From Tagaea sp. (lineage in GTDB: Bacteria > Pseudomonadota > Alphaproteobacteria > CACIAM-22H2): a DNA stretch of 64,000 nucleotides. Where the stretch lies: assembly GCA_041917215.1 (NCBI GenBank), contig JAYRYC010000002.1:337334-401333 (forward strand), read 5' to 3'. Each line of letters starts with the position of its first letter. Position 1 is the stretch's first letter. This document shows positions 1 through 9,789 of this stretch, piece by piece. The position numbers were made by a program, and so were the translations under genes. A model generated the notes under the pieces. It had not been told where the DNA came from. It searched no databases and saw only the letters and a list, made by a program, of their open reading frames with translations.

Positions 1-214
1 CGGTGGTCACGCAGCCGGCGGTCAGAATAAGGGCGATAGCGGCGGTGGACACCGCGAATCGGGACGAAATTGCCATGGCTTGAGTAAAGCGCCGGGCGGT
101 TTTCCAAGCAAGCCGAGGCCGTTGTTGCGCGCAGGCGGGGGCGGGGCTAATTTGCCCGGCCGTCGCGGGTCCTTCGACCCGCCAAAAATTCCGGCCTGCA
201 GGAGAAATGCCCCC

Positions 215-1087
215 ATGTTCAAGGGTTCGTTCGTCGCCCTCATCACGCCGTTTCGTAACGGACAGGTGGACGAGCGCGCCTTTAAAAAATTGGTGGAGTG
301 GCAGATCCGGCAAGGCACGCATGGCCTGGTGCCTTGCGGCACGACGGGCGAATCGCCCACGCTGAGCCATGAAGAACACCAAGCCGTGATCGAGATGTGC
401 GTCGCCGCCGCCAAGGGCCGCGTGCCCGTGATGGCGGGGACGGGCTCGAACTCGACCGACGAGGCGATCAGCCTGACCAAGCATGCCGAGCAAGTCGGCT
501 GCGACGCCGCCTTGGTCGTGACGCCTTACTACAACAAGCCGTCGCAGGAAGGGCTTTACCGCCACTACGCGGCGATCGCCAAGTCGGTGAAGATTCCGAT
601 CTTCATCTACAACATCCCCGGCCGTTGCGCGGTCGACATGTCGGTCGAAACGATGGGCCGCTTGGCGCGCATCAAGAACATCGTCGGCGTCAAGGACGCG
701 ACGGGCGACCTTACGCGCCCCGGCTTGCAGCGCCTCGCCTGCGGTCCGGATTTCGTCCAGCTCGACGGCGACGACGGCACGGCATTGGCCTTCAACGCGA
801 CCGGCGGTGTGGGCTGCATCTCGGTCACCGGCAATATCGCGCCCAAGCTCGTGTCGAAGATGCAGGTCGCCTCGCTGAAGGGCGACACCAAGACCGCGCT
901 GAAGATCCAAGACAAGCTGATGCCCTTGCACAAGGCGCTGTTCGCGGAGACGTCGCCCGGCCCGGTGAAATACGCGGGCTCGCTGCTGGGCATCTGCACC
1001 GACGAGGTGCGTTTGCCGCTCGGCCCCATCATGGATTCGACGAAGGAAAAGGTCCGCGCCGCGCTGAAAGGCGCCGGCCTCCTTTAA
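215..1087 (+). CDS. dapA: 4-hydroxy-tetrahydrodipicolinate synthase (DapA)
   Basis: C-terminal 291 aa of ORF 80..1087; start at internal Met MFKGSFVALITPF (ATG at 215). Motifs GTTGES, TPYYNKPSQEG, IYNIPGR are typical of the DapA/NAL family. Confidence 0.9.
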   Translation: MFKGSFVALITPFRNGQVDERAFKKLVEWQIRQGTHGLVPCGTTGESPTLSHEEHQAVIEMCVAAAKGRVPVMAGTGSNSTDEAISLTKHAEQVGCDAALVVTPYYNKPSQEGLYRHYAAIAKSVKIPIFIYNIPGRCAVDMSVETMGRLARIKNIVGVKDATGDLTRPGLQRLACGPDFVQLDGDDGTALAFNATGGVGCISVTGNIAPKLVSKMQVASLKGDTKTALKIQDKLMPLHKALFAETSPGPVKYAGSLLGICTDEVRLPLGPIMDSTKEKVRAALKGAGLL

Positions 1088-1093
1088 TCCCGC

Positions 1094-1567
1094 ATGCCCG
1101 CGCCCGAGCAAGCCCGCAAGGTCGCGGCCACCAATCGGCGCGCGCGCCACGATTACACGATCGAGTCCACCCTCGAGGCGGGGCTCGTGCTCGTGGGCAC
1201 GGAAGTGAAATCGCTGCGCGCGGGCGGGGCGTCGCTGATGGACGCCCACGCCGCCACGCGCGACGGCGAGCTCTGGCTGCTCGAAGCGCATATCCCGGAA
1301 TACAAATCCGGGAACCAGTTCAATCACGAGCCCAAGCGCGCGCGTAAATTGCTCGTCGCGAAAAAGGAAATGCAGAAGCTCGCCGGGGCGATCTCGCGCG
1401 ACGGCATGACGCTCGTCCCCTTGCAGCTTTATTTCAACGGGCGCGGCATCGCGAAGGTCGAACTCGGCCTCGCCAAAGGCCGTAAAAAGGCCGACAAGCG
1501 CGAAGCGATCGCCACACGCGATTGGAAACGCGACCAGGCCCGCCTGCTGTCGCGACGCAACCGATAG
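1094..1567 (+). CDS. smpB: SsrA-binding protein SmpB
   Basis: 157 aa. NRRARHDY...GTEVKSLR...GNQFNHEPKRARKLL is the SmpB signature. Starts 7 nt after the dapA stop. Confidence 0.9.
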   Translation: MPAPEQARKVAATNRRARHDYTIESTLEAGLVLVGTEVKSLRAGGASLMDAHAATRDGELWLLEAHIPEYKSGNQFNHEPKRARKLLVAKKEMQKLAGAISRDGMTLVPLQLYFNGRGIAKVELGLAKGRKKADKREAIATRDWKRDQARLLSRRNR

Positions 1568-1584
1568 GCGGGAAGGGCCTGACA

Positions 1585-2130
1585 ATGCGCGCGCATATGC
1601 CCGCCGGACTCTACGCGCCCAACACGGCCGTGTTGCAGGACGGCGATTTGACGCTGCGCCCGCTGGTTCCCGAAGACGGCCGCCATTTCGAAGCCTTGCT
1701 GGCGGGTGACGAGGCGGGGATTTCGATGACCTCGCATCTGCCCTATCCCTTGTCGGCGCAGCAGGCGCGCGAATGGATCGTGCTGCGCACCGGGCCGGGC
1801 GGCCATGTCTTCGCCGTGCTCGACGCGGCCGGCCGGTTCTTGGGCTCGATGGGCTTCGGCGGCCCGAAGGACGGCGTGCCCGGTTTCGGCTATTGGATCG
1901 GCAAGGCGTTCCGCAACCAGGGTATCGCGACGCGCGCGGGCAAGCTTTGCGTGGCGCATGCGCGCAGCCTGGGCGTGCGAAGGATGGTCGCCGAGACGTT
2001 TCCGGGCAACGAGGCGTCCTACAAGGTCTTGCGCAAGCTGGGCTTTAAGGATGCGGGGCCGGTCGACCGCTTCTATCCTTTGCGCGGCGGGGCCCGGACG
2101 CTAAACTTGCATATCTTAGAGATCGTTTAG
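1585..2130 (+). CDS. GNAT family N-acetyltransferase (RimJ/RimL-like)
   Basis: ORF 1522..2130; start set at the first Met after the smpB stop (MRAHMPAG, index 21). Motifs RNQGIATRAGKL and ETFPGNEASYKVLRKLGF are typical GNAT A/B motifs. Confidence 0.65.
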   Translation: MRAHMPAGLYAPNTAVLQDGDLTLRPLVPEDGRHFEALLAGDEAGISMTSHLPYPLSAQQAREWIVLRTGPGGHVFAVLDAAGRFLGSMGFGGPKDGVPGFGYWIGKAFRNQGIATRAGKLCVAHARSLGVRRMVAETFPGNEASYKVLRKLGFKDAGPVDRFYPLRGGARTLNLHILEIV

Positions 2131-2207
2131 GTCGATCGTAACGACCAAAACAATCGGTTGGATCGCTGGAGGCTCGACCGGCATTCTTCTGTCCAAGGAG
2201 AAAGCCC

Positions 2208-2429
2208 ATGTTGAAGACCGTCACCTTCGCAATCGTCCACTTCACCGTCGCCTTCACGGTGGGTTACCTGATCACCGGCAGTTTCGTGCTGGCCTCGGCC
2301 GTCGCGTTGATCGAGCCGATGGTGAACACCGTGGCTTACTATTTCCACGAACTCGCGTGGAACCGCTGGGGCGGAAAAATCCGCGGCGCCGTCAACGTGC
2401 AGCCGGAACGCGCTTTGTCCGGGCGCTGA
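2208..2429 (+). CDS. small membrane protein (DUF2061-like)
   Basis: 73 aa, two predicted TM helices. AYYFHELAWNRWG resembles the DUF2061 family. 3' end overlaps the convergent gene at 2392. Confidence 0.5.
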   Translation: MLKTVTFAIVHFTVAFTVGYLITGSFVLASAVALIEPMVNTVAYYFHELAWNRWGGKIRGAVNVQPERALSGR

Positions 2430-3147
2430 ACGCGGCCACGAGCGGCGCGATCAGCACCAGCGCCGCGATCAGCACGAAGCATTCGCCGTTGATGTTCGCG
2501 ACGGCGATCCCGATCAGCGCCCAGACCATCGCGACGACATACCAGATATTCGCGCGGCCGCCGAAGATCGCGGCAAGCGCGATCGCGGCGGCGGGCAGCA
2601 GCGTCGCGAGCGCGTAGATCTCCGGCGACAGGCCGAACGGCGTCGCGCCGACGAAATTGCGCAGCCAGCTTGTCGTGTTGAGGCACACGGCCGCACTCAG
2701 CCAGCCCGCTTGCAGGCCGAACAGCACGGGCAAGGTTTTGTCGCCCTGCGCATCGACATGGCGCCAGCCCAGCAGCGTGCTCGCGAACATGCCGAAGATC
2801 AGCGGCAATTGCATGAGGCCCGAGCCCATCAATTGCGTCCACAACATCCAAACGGTGCCGAACGCGAACATCGCGGCCGCGTATGGCGCGACACGCCGAT
2901 AGGTGTCGTTCGCCGGATCGCGCCAATAGCGCACGGCGTAGACGAGGCCGAGCACGAAAATCGGGAACCAAATTCCGAACGCGTAGCCCGCGGGCGTTTC
3001 GGGGGCGGGCAGGCCGGCTTCGGTGGTGCGTGCACCGATCTCGCCGCCGATCCCGGTCAGGCGCGGGAAAAACGGGGCGATAAATTGCGCGATGGCGAAA
3101 GCGAGGACGAGGCGGGGCATATTGTTGTTACGCTCCCGCATGTTCAC
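2392..3147 (-). CDS. hypothetical polytopic membrane protein (Trp-rich, about 7 TM)
   Basis: 251 aa. Hydrophobic segments throughout, no recognisable catalytic motif. Start uncertain (Met at index 0, 2 or 9). Confidence 0.45.
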   Translation of the reverse strand: MNMRERNNNMPRLVLAFAIAQFIAPFFPRLTGIGGEIGARTTEAGLPAPETPAGYAFGIWFPIFVLGLVYAVRYWRDPANDTYRRVAPYAAAMFAFGTVWMLWTQLMGSGLMQLPLIFGMFASTLLGWRHVDAQGDKTLPVLFGLQAGWLSAAVCLNTTSWLRNFVGATPFGLSPEIYALATLLPAAAIALAAIFGGRANIWYVVAMVWALIGIAVANINGECFVLIAALVLIAPLVAAFSARTKRVPAAR

Positions 3148-3151
3148 CGGA

Positions 3152-3805
3152 TCAGCCGAGCTTCGGCAGCAACGCGGCGAACACCGCTTCGAACATCTCG
3201 GGCGTCAGGCGGCCGGTATTCGTGTTGTAGCGCGAGCAATGATAGCTGTCGGCGAGGATGCGCCCGCCGCCCAGATCGTGCTGCGCGCCATGCGCGAATT
3301 TCGCGGCCGACGCTTTGCGGTCCAAGGCGGCCAGCGCCGCGTCATGCGCCACACGGCCCAAGGCCACGATGGCGCGCAAGCTTTTCATGTCGGCGAGTTC
3401 GGCGACGAGGAAGGGCCGGCAGGTCGCGGCTTCCTTCGGCGTGGGTTTGTTTTCCGGCGGCAAGCAGCGCACGGCGTTGGCGATGCGCACGCCCGTCAGC
3501 GTCAACGTGTCGGGGACCCAGGCGCGGTCTTCGCGATCGGCGATGAATTCGCCTTTCGCGAGGTCGAATTTCTTCAGCGTCGCGTAGAGCAGATCGCCCG
3601 CGTAATCGCCGGTGAAGGGGCGCCCCGTGCGGTTCGCGCCCTTCAAGCCCGGAGCGAGGCCGACAATCAATAGCTTCGCATCGATCGGCCCGAAACTGGG
3701 GACCGGCGCGTTCGACCACGTTGGAAACTTCGCGCGGAGTTCCGTCCGCAAGCCCACAAGGCGCGGGCAGAGCGGGCAATCGCGCGAAGGTTCGGCGAAG
3801 CTCAC
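3152..3805 (-). CDS. uracil-DNA glycosylase superfamily, 4Fe-4S family 4/5-type (UdgB-like motif)
   Basis: C-terminal part of track ORF 3152..4465. CPLCP...GLAPGLKGANRTGRPFTGDYAGDLL...RCLPPENKPT...HCSRYN are the family 4/5 UDG motifs with Fe-S cysteines. No in-frame ATG; start set at GTG (V220 of the track ORF, 3803-3805), which overlaps the upstream NYN stop as GTGA. Confidence 0.7.
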   Translation of the reverse strand: MSFAEPSRDCPLCPRLVGLRTELRAKFPTWSNAPVPSFGPIDAKLLIVGLAPGLKGANRTGRPFTGDYAGDLLYATLKKFDLAKGEFIADREDRAWVPDTLTLTGVRIANAVRCLPPENKPTPKEAATCRPFLVAELADMKSLRAIVALGRVAHDAALAALDRKASAAKFAHGAQHDLGGGRILADSYHCSRYNTNTGRLTPEMFEAVFAALLPKLG

Positions 3806-4449
3806 TCGCGGTTGGTATCGGCCGGCGTGGGCATCGGCTGCTGCTGTTGCTGGCCGCCGTAACCTGACCCGGTCTGCGGCTGGTGGTTGCCGCCGTCGCG
3901 CCCGCCGCCTTGGCCGCTGCCGCCTTGGCGCGCGATATGGGCGCCGAGCTCCTGCAACTCGATGAACGTATCGGCCTGGCGGCGCAATTCGTCGGAGATC
4001 ATCGGCGGCTGCGAGCGGATCGTCGAGACGACCGAGACGCGCACGCCCCGGCGCTGGACCGATTCGACCAAGCGGCGGAAATCGCCGTCGCCCGAGAACA
4101 GCACGACATGGTCGAGGCTGGGGGCGAGGTCCATCATGTCGACGGCCAGCTCGATATCCATGGAACCGCGGAAGCGCCGGCGGCCCATATTGTCGGTGAA
4201 TTCCTTCATCGGCTTCGTCACCATGGTGAAGCCGTTGTAGTCCAGCCAATCGACCAGCGGGCGGATCGGCGAATAATCCTGATCTTCGGCCAGTGCGGTG
4301 TAGTAGAAAGCGCGGATCAGACGGCCCTTGCCCTGGAACAATTGCAGGAGCCGCTTGTAGTCGATATCGAAGCCCAGCGCTTTCGCCGCGTTGTAGAGAT
4401 TCGGTCCGTCGATGAACAACGCCAAACGCTCTTGCGGATAAAACGCCAT
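3802..4449 (-). CDS. NYN/LabA-like domain protein with Gly/Gln-rich C-terminal tail
   Basis: 215 aa. LALFIDGPNLYNAAKALGFDIDYKRLL...VLFSGDGDF is the NYN (COG1432/LabA) fold signature. C-terminal QGGSGQGGGRDGGNHQPQTGSGYGGQQQQQP is low-complexity. Confidence 0.75.
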   Translation of the reverse strand: MAFYPQERLALFIDGPNLYNAAKALGFDIDYKRLLQLFQGKGRLIRAFYYTALAEDQDYSPIRPLVDWLDYNGFTMVTKPMKEFTDNMGRRRFRGSMDIELAVDMMDLAPSLDHVVLFSGDGDFRRLVESVQRRGVRVSVVSTIRSQPPMISDELRRQADTFIELQELGAHIARQGGSGQGGGRDGGNHQPQTGSGYGGQQQQQPMPTPADTNRE

Positions 4450-4548
4450 AACGACTCTCCCTCAAATGTGCCGACGCGAAAATGTTCGAAGCCGGAATGG
4501 GGTCTATCTAGCCCGGCGCCACGTCGCGGACAAGCAGCAGGATCGCGA

Positions 4549-5046
4549 ATGATTCTCGTGGCCATCGGCGCCAATCTGCCCGGCAAGTTCGCATCGCCCG
4601 CCGATGCGATCGACGCGGCGTTCGGCGAACTCGACCGTGCGCCGTTGCGCGTCGCGGCGCGTTCGCGCATCTACGAAAGCCCGCCTTGGCCGCAGCCCTC
4701 GACCCAACCATGGTATGCCAACGCGGTCGTGCGGTTGGAAACCCAACTCGGGCCCGAAGCTTTGTTGGCGCATCTGCATGGGGTGGAGCGCGAATTCGGC
4801 CGGGTGCGGGGCGTACTCAACGCCGCGCGCACGCTCGATCTCGACCTGATCGACTATGACGGCAAGGTCCAGGACGGGCCGCCGATCCTGCCGCATCCGC
4901 GCATGGCGGACCGCGCCTTCGTCCTCTATCCGTTGGCCGAAATCGCCCCGGATTGGCGCCATCCGGTCCTGCACCGCCCGATTTCCAGCCTGATCGCCGG
5001 GCTACCCGCTGACACGGTCTGTCGGCCCATTCCGCCAAGGGCTTGA
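4549..5046 (+). CDS. folK: 2-amino-4-hydroxy-6-hydroxymethyldihydropteridine pyrophosphokinase (FolK)
   Basis: C-terminal 165 aa of ORF 3883..5046, internal Met MILVAIGANLPG (index 222). RIYESPPW...RTLDLDLIDYDG are HPPK motifs. The upstream part of the ORF is antisense to the NYN gene. Confidence 0.85.
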   Translation: MILVAIGANLPGKFASPADAIDAAFGELDRAPLRVAARSRIYESPPWPQPSTQPWYANAVVRLETQLGPEALLAHLHGVEREFGRVRGVLNAARTLDLDLIDYDGKVQDGPPILPHPRMADRAFVLYPLAEIAPDWRHPVLHRPISSLIAGLPADTVCRPIPPRA

Positions 5047-5076
5047 ACGGGCGGTAATTTTCCGGCTTTTCAGGGA

Positions 5077-5105
5077 TTGTGCTGCGGCGCGGAAGCCTCT
5101 ATATT
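5077..5105 (+). promoter_or_regulatory. candidate sigma70-type promoter for rpoZ-spoT
   Basis: TTGTGC (5077-5082), 17-nt spacer, TATATT (5100-5105), about 47 nt upstream of the rpoZ ATG. Confidence 0.35.
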
Positions 5106-5151
5106 CATTGGCCCTTTCCAAGGATTTCTATCCGTTGAGCCGGAGTGCCGA

Positions 5152-5547
5152 ATGGCCCGCGTAACCGTTGAAGATTGCGTCGTTAAAGTTCCCAACCGCT
5201 TCGAGCTCGTCATGCTCGCGGCCCAGCGCGCGCGCGAAATTTCGGCGGGCTCGCCGCTGACGGTCGAGAAGGACAACGACAAGAACCCGGTCGTCGCCTT
5301 GCGCGAGATCGCGGATGACTCGCTCGCGCTGGACAATCTGCGCCAGTCGCTGATCCAGGGCCTGCAGCGCCAGGTCGAAAGCGAAGAGCCGGAAGACGAC
5401 GCGATGGAACTGCTCGCGGCCGATCGCGACGTCGCCGGTGTGCCGGAAGACGCGGCGATGGACGGCATCGAAGACGAGATGGATATCGAAGACGCCGATA
5501 CGGTGAAGACCGACATCGCCGCCGACGACGCGGCGGTCGAAGAGTAA
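5152..5547 (+). CDS. rpoZ: RNA polymerase omega subunit with long acidic C-terminal tail
   Basis: Start at [30 protein letters not shown] (index 25 of ORF 5077..5547), the omega signature. The C-terminal 60 aa are Asp/Glu-rich. Confidence 0.85.
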   Translation: MARVTVEDCVVKVPNRFELVMLAAQRAREISAGSPLTVEKDNDKNPVVALREIADDSLALDNLRQSLIQGLQRQVESEEPEDDAMELLAADRDVAGVPEDAAMDGIEDEMDIEDADTVKTDIAADDAAVEE

Positions 5548-5709
5548 CCGGCGGGCGGGGATTTGGGCCCCGACGGCACCACGGAGACCCAAGCGCCGCC
5601 GATCGAAGGCGGTACTGACGCGCGGGGTGCGGCGGACGACGCCGCAGCCCCCGTGACGTCCGTGTCCGTTCCGGCGGGGGGCGAAGCGCCGCGCAAAGCG
5701 CGCCCGCCG

Positions 5710-7887
5710 ATGATGCGCGCTTTCGAATTGGTCGAGCGCGTCAAAGCCTACGATCCCGACGCCGACGAAGATCTGATCAACCGCGCCTACGTCTTCTCGA
5801 TGAAGGTGCACGGCGCGCAGATGCGCGCTTCGGGCGATCCGTATTTCTCGCACCCGCTGGAAGTCGCGGGCATCCTCACGACCTTCAAGCTCGACACCGC
5901 GTCGATCGTGACGGCGCTGCTGCACGACACGGTCGAGGATACGCTGACCTCGATCGACGAGATCGAGCGCGTGTTCGGGCCGGAGATCGCGCGCCTCGTC
6001 GATGGCGTCACCAAGCTTTCGCGCCTGGAACAGCAGGCGCAATCCGATCGCGCCAAGCAGGCGGAGAATTTCCGCAAGCTGCTGCTGGCGATGTCGGCCG
6101 ATATCCGCGTGTTGCTGGTGAAGCTCGCCGATCGTCTGCACAACATGCGCACGATCGGCTTCATCCCGAAGCCCGAGAAGCGCCAGCGCATCGCGCGCGA
6201 GACGATGGATATCTACGCGCCGCTCGCCGAGCGCATCGGTATGCGCCGCGTGCAGGAGGAGCTGGAGGATCTCGCGTTCTCGCAGATCAATCCCGACGCG
6301 CGCGAATCCATCGTCACGCGGCTTCAGCATTTGCGCGCGCGCGGCGGCGACGTCGTCAGCCGCGTGGCCGAGCACATCGCCGGCGTGCTGAAGTTCGAAG
6401 GGTTGAACGCGCAGGTCTCCGGCCGCGAGAAGACGCCTTATTCGATCTGGCGCAAGACCCAGCGCAAGAACGTGGCGTTCGAGCAATTGTCCGACATCAT
6501 GGCGTTCCGCGTCGTGGTCGAAGACGTGGCCGATTGCTACCGGGCGCTGGGCGTCGTGCATTCGCATTGGCGCGTCGTGCCGGGACGCTTCAAGGATTAC
6601 ATCTCCGTCGCCAAGCCCAACGGCTATCGCTCGCTGCATACCGGCATTTTCGGGCCCGAAGGCCAGCGCGTCGAAATCCAGATCCGCACGCGCGACATGC
6701 AGGACGTCGCCGAATTCGGCGTGGCCGCGCACTGGTCCTACAAGGAAGGCCGCCCGATCGCCGAGACCGGGGTGGCGGCCAAGGATGGCGGCCAGTATCG
6801 CTGGCTGCGCGAACTTCTCGATATCCTGGAGCACACCTCGAACCCCGAGGAATTCCTCGAGCATACGAAGCTCGAGATGTACCAGGATCAGGTCTTCTGC
6901 TTCACGCCCAAGGGCGATCTGATCGCATTGCCGCGTGGCGCCACGCCCGTCGATTTCGCCTATGCCGTCCACTCGGCCGTCGGCGATCATTGCGTGGGCG
7001 CCAAGATCAACGGCCGCATGATGCCGCTGCGCACGGCGCTGTCGAACGGCGATCAGGTGGAGATTGTCACGTCGAAGGCGCAAGTGCCGTCGCCGACCTG
7101 GGAGCGTTTTGTCGTTACCGGGAAAGCCCGCGCGCGCATCCGGCGCTTCATTCGTTCCCAGCAGCGCCAGCAATTCGTCGAGCTCGGCCGCTCGATGTTG
7201 CAGAAAGCGTTCAAGGCCGAAGGCTACGATTACGCCGACAAGTCGCTGGAAGGGGCCGTCAAGCCGCTGAAGGCCGACGACGTGGAGGATCTGATCGCGG
7301 AAGTCGGCGCGGGGCAGATTTCCGATCGCGAAGTTCTGAACATCCTGTTCCCCGAAACGCGACCCCAGCCCAAGCCCGCGAATGTCGTGCCGATCCGTAA
7401 AGGGAAGGCCGCGACGTCGGACGTGCCGCGCAATCGCGTCCCCATTCGGGGCTTGATCCCCGGCATGGCGATCCATTACGCGGGCTGTTGCCATCCGCTG
7501 CCGGGCGATCGCATCGTGGGCATCGTCACCACCGGGCGCGGCGTCACGATCCACACGATCGATTGCGATACGCTGGAGCAATTCGCGGATCAGCCCGCGC
7601 GCTGGCTGGATGTCGGCTGGGAGATCGACGGCGAGACGCCCGGCGGGGCCTTCGTCGGCCGTATCGCGATGGTCGTGCGCAACGAGCAGGGCAGTCTCGG
7701 CACGCTGTCGACCGTGATCGCCAAGAACGGCGGCAACATCACGAACTTGAAGATCACCAACCGGACGACCGAGTTCTGGGAGATGATCATCGACGTCGAA
7801 GTGCGCGACGTGAAGCATCTCACCAACGTCATCGCGGCGTTGCGTGCGACCCCCGTCATCAACTCGGCCGAGCGCGCGCGCGGATGA
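5710..7887 (+). CDS. spoT: bifunctional (p)ppGpp synthetase/hydrolase RelA/SpoT (Rsh)
   Basis: ORF 5563..7887; start at [10 protein letters not shown] (index 49). HD hydrolase motif HPLEVAGIL...HDTVEDT, synthetase motif YRSLHT, and TGS and ACT regions are present. Immediately downstream of rpoZ. Confidence 0.9.
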   Translation: MMRAFELVERVKAYDPDADEDLINRAYVFSMKVHGAQMRASGDPYFSHPLEVAGILTTFKLDTASIVTALLHDTVEDTLTSIDEIERVFGPEIARLVDGVTKLSRLEQQAQSDRAKQAENFRKLLLAMSADIRVLLVKLADRLHNMRTIGFIPKPEKRQRIARETMDIYAPLAERIGMRRVQEELEDLAFSQINPDARESIVTRLQHLRARGGDVVSRVAEHIAGVLKFEGLNAQVSGREKTPYSIWRKTQRKNVAFEQLSDIMAFRVVVEDVADCYRALGVVHSHWRVVPGRFKDYISVAKPNGYRSLHTGIFGPEGQRVEIQIRTRDMQDVAEFGVAAHWSYKEGRPIAETGVAAKDGGQYRWLRELLDILEHTSNPEEFLEHTKLEMYQDQVFCFTPKGDLIALPRGATPVDFAYAVHSAVGDHCVGAKINGRMMPLRTALSNGDQVEIVTSKAQVPSPTWERFVVTGKARARIRRFIRSQQRQQFVELGRSMLQKAFKAEGYDYADKSLEGAVKPLKADDVEDLIAEVGAGQISDREVLNILFPETRPQPKPANVVPIRKGKAATSDVPRNRVPIRGLIPGMAIHYAGCCHPLPGDRIVGIVTTGRGVTIHTIDCDTLEQFADQPARWLDVGWEIDGETPGGAFVGRIAMVVRNEQGSLGTLSTVIAKNGGNITNLKITNRTTEFWEMIIDVEVRDVKHLTNVIAALRATPVINSAERARG

Positions 7888-8285
7888 TTTTGGGACTCGG
7901 GTCCGATCTGGTCGACATTCGCCGCGTCGACGCGACGCTGGCGCGTTTCGGCGAGCGCTTCACCCATCGCATCTTCACGGTGGGCGAGCGCGCCAAATCG
8001 GATCGGCGCGCGGCGCGTGCGGAATCCTACGCGCGGCGTTTCGCGGCGAAAGAAGCGTGCTCAAAGGCGCTGGGGACGGGTTTCCGCAAAGCCGTCTATT
8101 GGCGCGACATGGAAGTGGTGAATCTGCCCGGCGGCAAGCCCACGATGCGCCTGACCGGCGGGGCGGCGATCCGCCTGGCCGAAATGGTGCCGCCGGGTAT
8201 GAAAGCCCAGATCGACGTGAGCTTGACCGACGATCCGCCGATCGCCAGCGCCATCGTGATAATCTCGGCCGTCCCGGCCACTTGA
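7884..8285 (+). CDS. acpS: holo-[acyl-carrier-protein] synthase
   Basis: Start [14 protein letters not shown] (index 132 of ORF 7488..8285), ATGA overlap with the spoT stop. [14 protein letters not shown] is the AcpS motif. Confidence 0.85.
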   Translation: MILGLGSDLVDIRRVDATLARFGERFTHRIFTVGERAKSDRRAARAESYARRFAAKEACSKALGTGFRKAVYWRDMEVVNLPGGKPTMRLTGGAAIRLAEMVPPGMKAQIDVSLTDDPPIASAIVIISAVPAT

Positions 8286-8341
8286 CTTAAACGCCGCGCG
8301 GCGGCCTTATCCCGCCCGCATTAACACGGTTTTTCGGCATC

Positions 8342-9097
8342 ATGCAGACACCGCCCGTTCCCCGCGGCCAAACCGCCTCCGGCCTCGTCGAGTTCGTGAA
8401 AACGATCGTCTACGCGGTGCTCATCGCGCTCGGGATCCGGACCGTGTTGTACGAGCCGTTCAACATTCCGTCGGCGTCGATGGTGCCCACGCTGTTGATC
8501 GGCGATTATCTGTTCGTCTCGAAATTCACCTACGGCTATTCCTTCGCTTCGCTGCCCTACGGCATCCGACTGTTCGACGGGCGTATCGCGGGCTCGGCGC
8601 CCGATCGCGGCGACGTGGTCGTGTTCAAACTGCCGCGCGACGGCAAGACCGACTACATCAAGCGCGTGATCGGCCTGCCGGGCGACAAGGTGCGCGTGAG
8701 CGGCGGCGTGCTCTACATCAACGACGAGGCCGCGAATTTGCGCCGCCTGCCGGATTTCGTCGACGACGAGCGCGGCTTCGCCGTGCGCTACGCCCAGTTC
8801 ATGGAAACGCTGCCCGGCGGGCGCGAGCATCGCATTTTGAAGATGACGAACGAGGGGCCGTACAACAACACGCCCGTGTTCACGGTGCCGCCGGGGCATT
8901 TCTTCGCGATGGGCGATCACCGCGACAATTCGCAGGATAGCCGCGATCCCGAAGCCGTCGGCTTCGTGCCGTTCGAGAATATCGTCGGCCGCGCGCAATT
9001 TCTGTTCTTCTCGACCGACGGCAATTGGTCGCTGGCGCGCCCGTGGGAAGCGCTGACGGCGATCCGCTATTCCCGTCTGCTGGGCGCGATCCGTTGA
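8342..9097 (+). CDS. lepB: signal peptidase I
   Basis: 251 aa, N-terminal TM. SASMVPTL (catalytic Ser), KRVIGLPGD (Lys), GDHRDNSQDSR box. Confidence 0.9.
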   Translation: MQTPPVPRGQTASGLVEFVKTIVYAVLIALGIRTVLYEPFNIPSASMVPTLLIGDYLFVSKFTYGYSFASLPYGIRLFDGRIAGSAPDRGDVVVFKLPRDGKTDYIKRVIGLPGDKVRVSGGVLYINDEAANLRRLPDFVDDERGFAVRYAQFMETLPGGREHRILKMTNEGPYNNTPVFTVPPGHFFAMGDHRDNSQDSRDPEAVGFVPFENIVGRAQFLFFSTDGNWSLARPWEALTAIRYSRLLGAIR

Positions 9098-9789
9098 GCG
9101 CAAGAACGGACCTCGAGAACGCATTAGGCCATCGCTTCGCCGATCCCGATTTGCTGACCGCGGCCTTGGCGCATTCATCGCTCGGAAGGCGCGGCGACAA
9201 GAAGCGCAGCGGCGTGGGGTTCGAGCGGCTCGAATTCCTCGGCGATCGCGTCGTCGGCTTGGTCGTCGCCGATCTTCTGGAAAAACGCTATGGCGAGGAG
9301 AACGAAGGCGACCTCGCCAAACGCCACGCGCAGCTCGTGCGCCGCGAAACGCTGGCGGCGCTGGCCAAGGAATTGGATATCGGCGCCGCCCTTGAATTGT
9401 CGAACTCGGAGGAGCAGGGCGGCGGGCGCGAAGCGGCCGGCGTGCTGGCCGACGCGTTCGAGGCCTGCGTGGGCGCCGTCTATCGCGACGGCGGTATGGC
9501 GCCCGCGCAAGCCTTGGTCGCCAAGCTGTTCGCGCCCTTGCTCGCCAAAGCGGGTGCCCCGCCGCGCGAGCCGAAGACCGCCTTGCAGGAATGGTCGCAA
9601 GGGCGCGGCCTCAAACTGCCGATCTACGAAGTGCTGACCCAAACTGGCGTCGCGCATGCACCGCATTTCACCGTACGCGTGACGGTCGAAAGCCACGCGC
9701 CCGAAACGGGCGACGGCCCCAACAAACGCGAAGCCGAACGCGACGCCGCCGCAAAACTGCTGGCACGCCTGGAAGGATCGAAGATATGA
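9094..9789 (+). CDS. rnc: ribonuclease III
   Basis: ORF 9025..9789. ERLEFLGDRV (RNase III signature) and a C-terminal dsRBD. Start uncertain; TTG at 9094 gives a TTGA overlap with the lepB stop. Confidence 0.8.
   Translation: MSARTDLENALGHRFADPDLLTAALAHSSLGRRGDKKRSGVGFERLEFLGDRVVGLVVADLLEKRYGEENEGDLAKRHAQLVRRETLAALAKELDIGAALELSNSEEQGGGREAAGVLADAFEACVGAVYRDGGMAPAQALVAKLFAPLLAKAGAPPREPKTALQEWSQGRGLKLPIYEVLTQTGVAHAPHFTVRVTVESHAPETGDGPNKREAERDAAAKLLARLEGSKI

Noticed and set aside
3806-4465. N-terminal 220 aa of the 437-aa track ORF fused to the UDG
   Set aside because: Out-of-frame overlap with the well-supported NYN gene. Arg/Pro-rich. UDG homology begins only at the GTG at 3805.
5128-7818. 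896-aa ORF antisense to spoT
   Set aside because: Arg/Ala/Gly-rich translation typical of high-GC antisense frames. Fully overlaps a strongly supported RelA/SpoT gene. No motifs.
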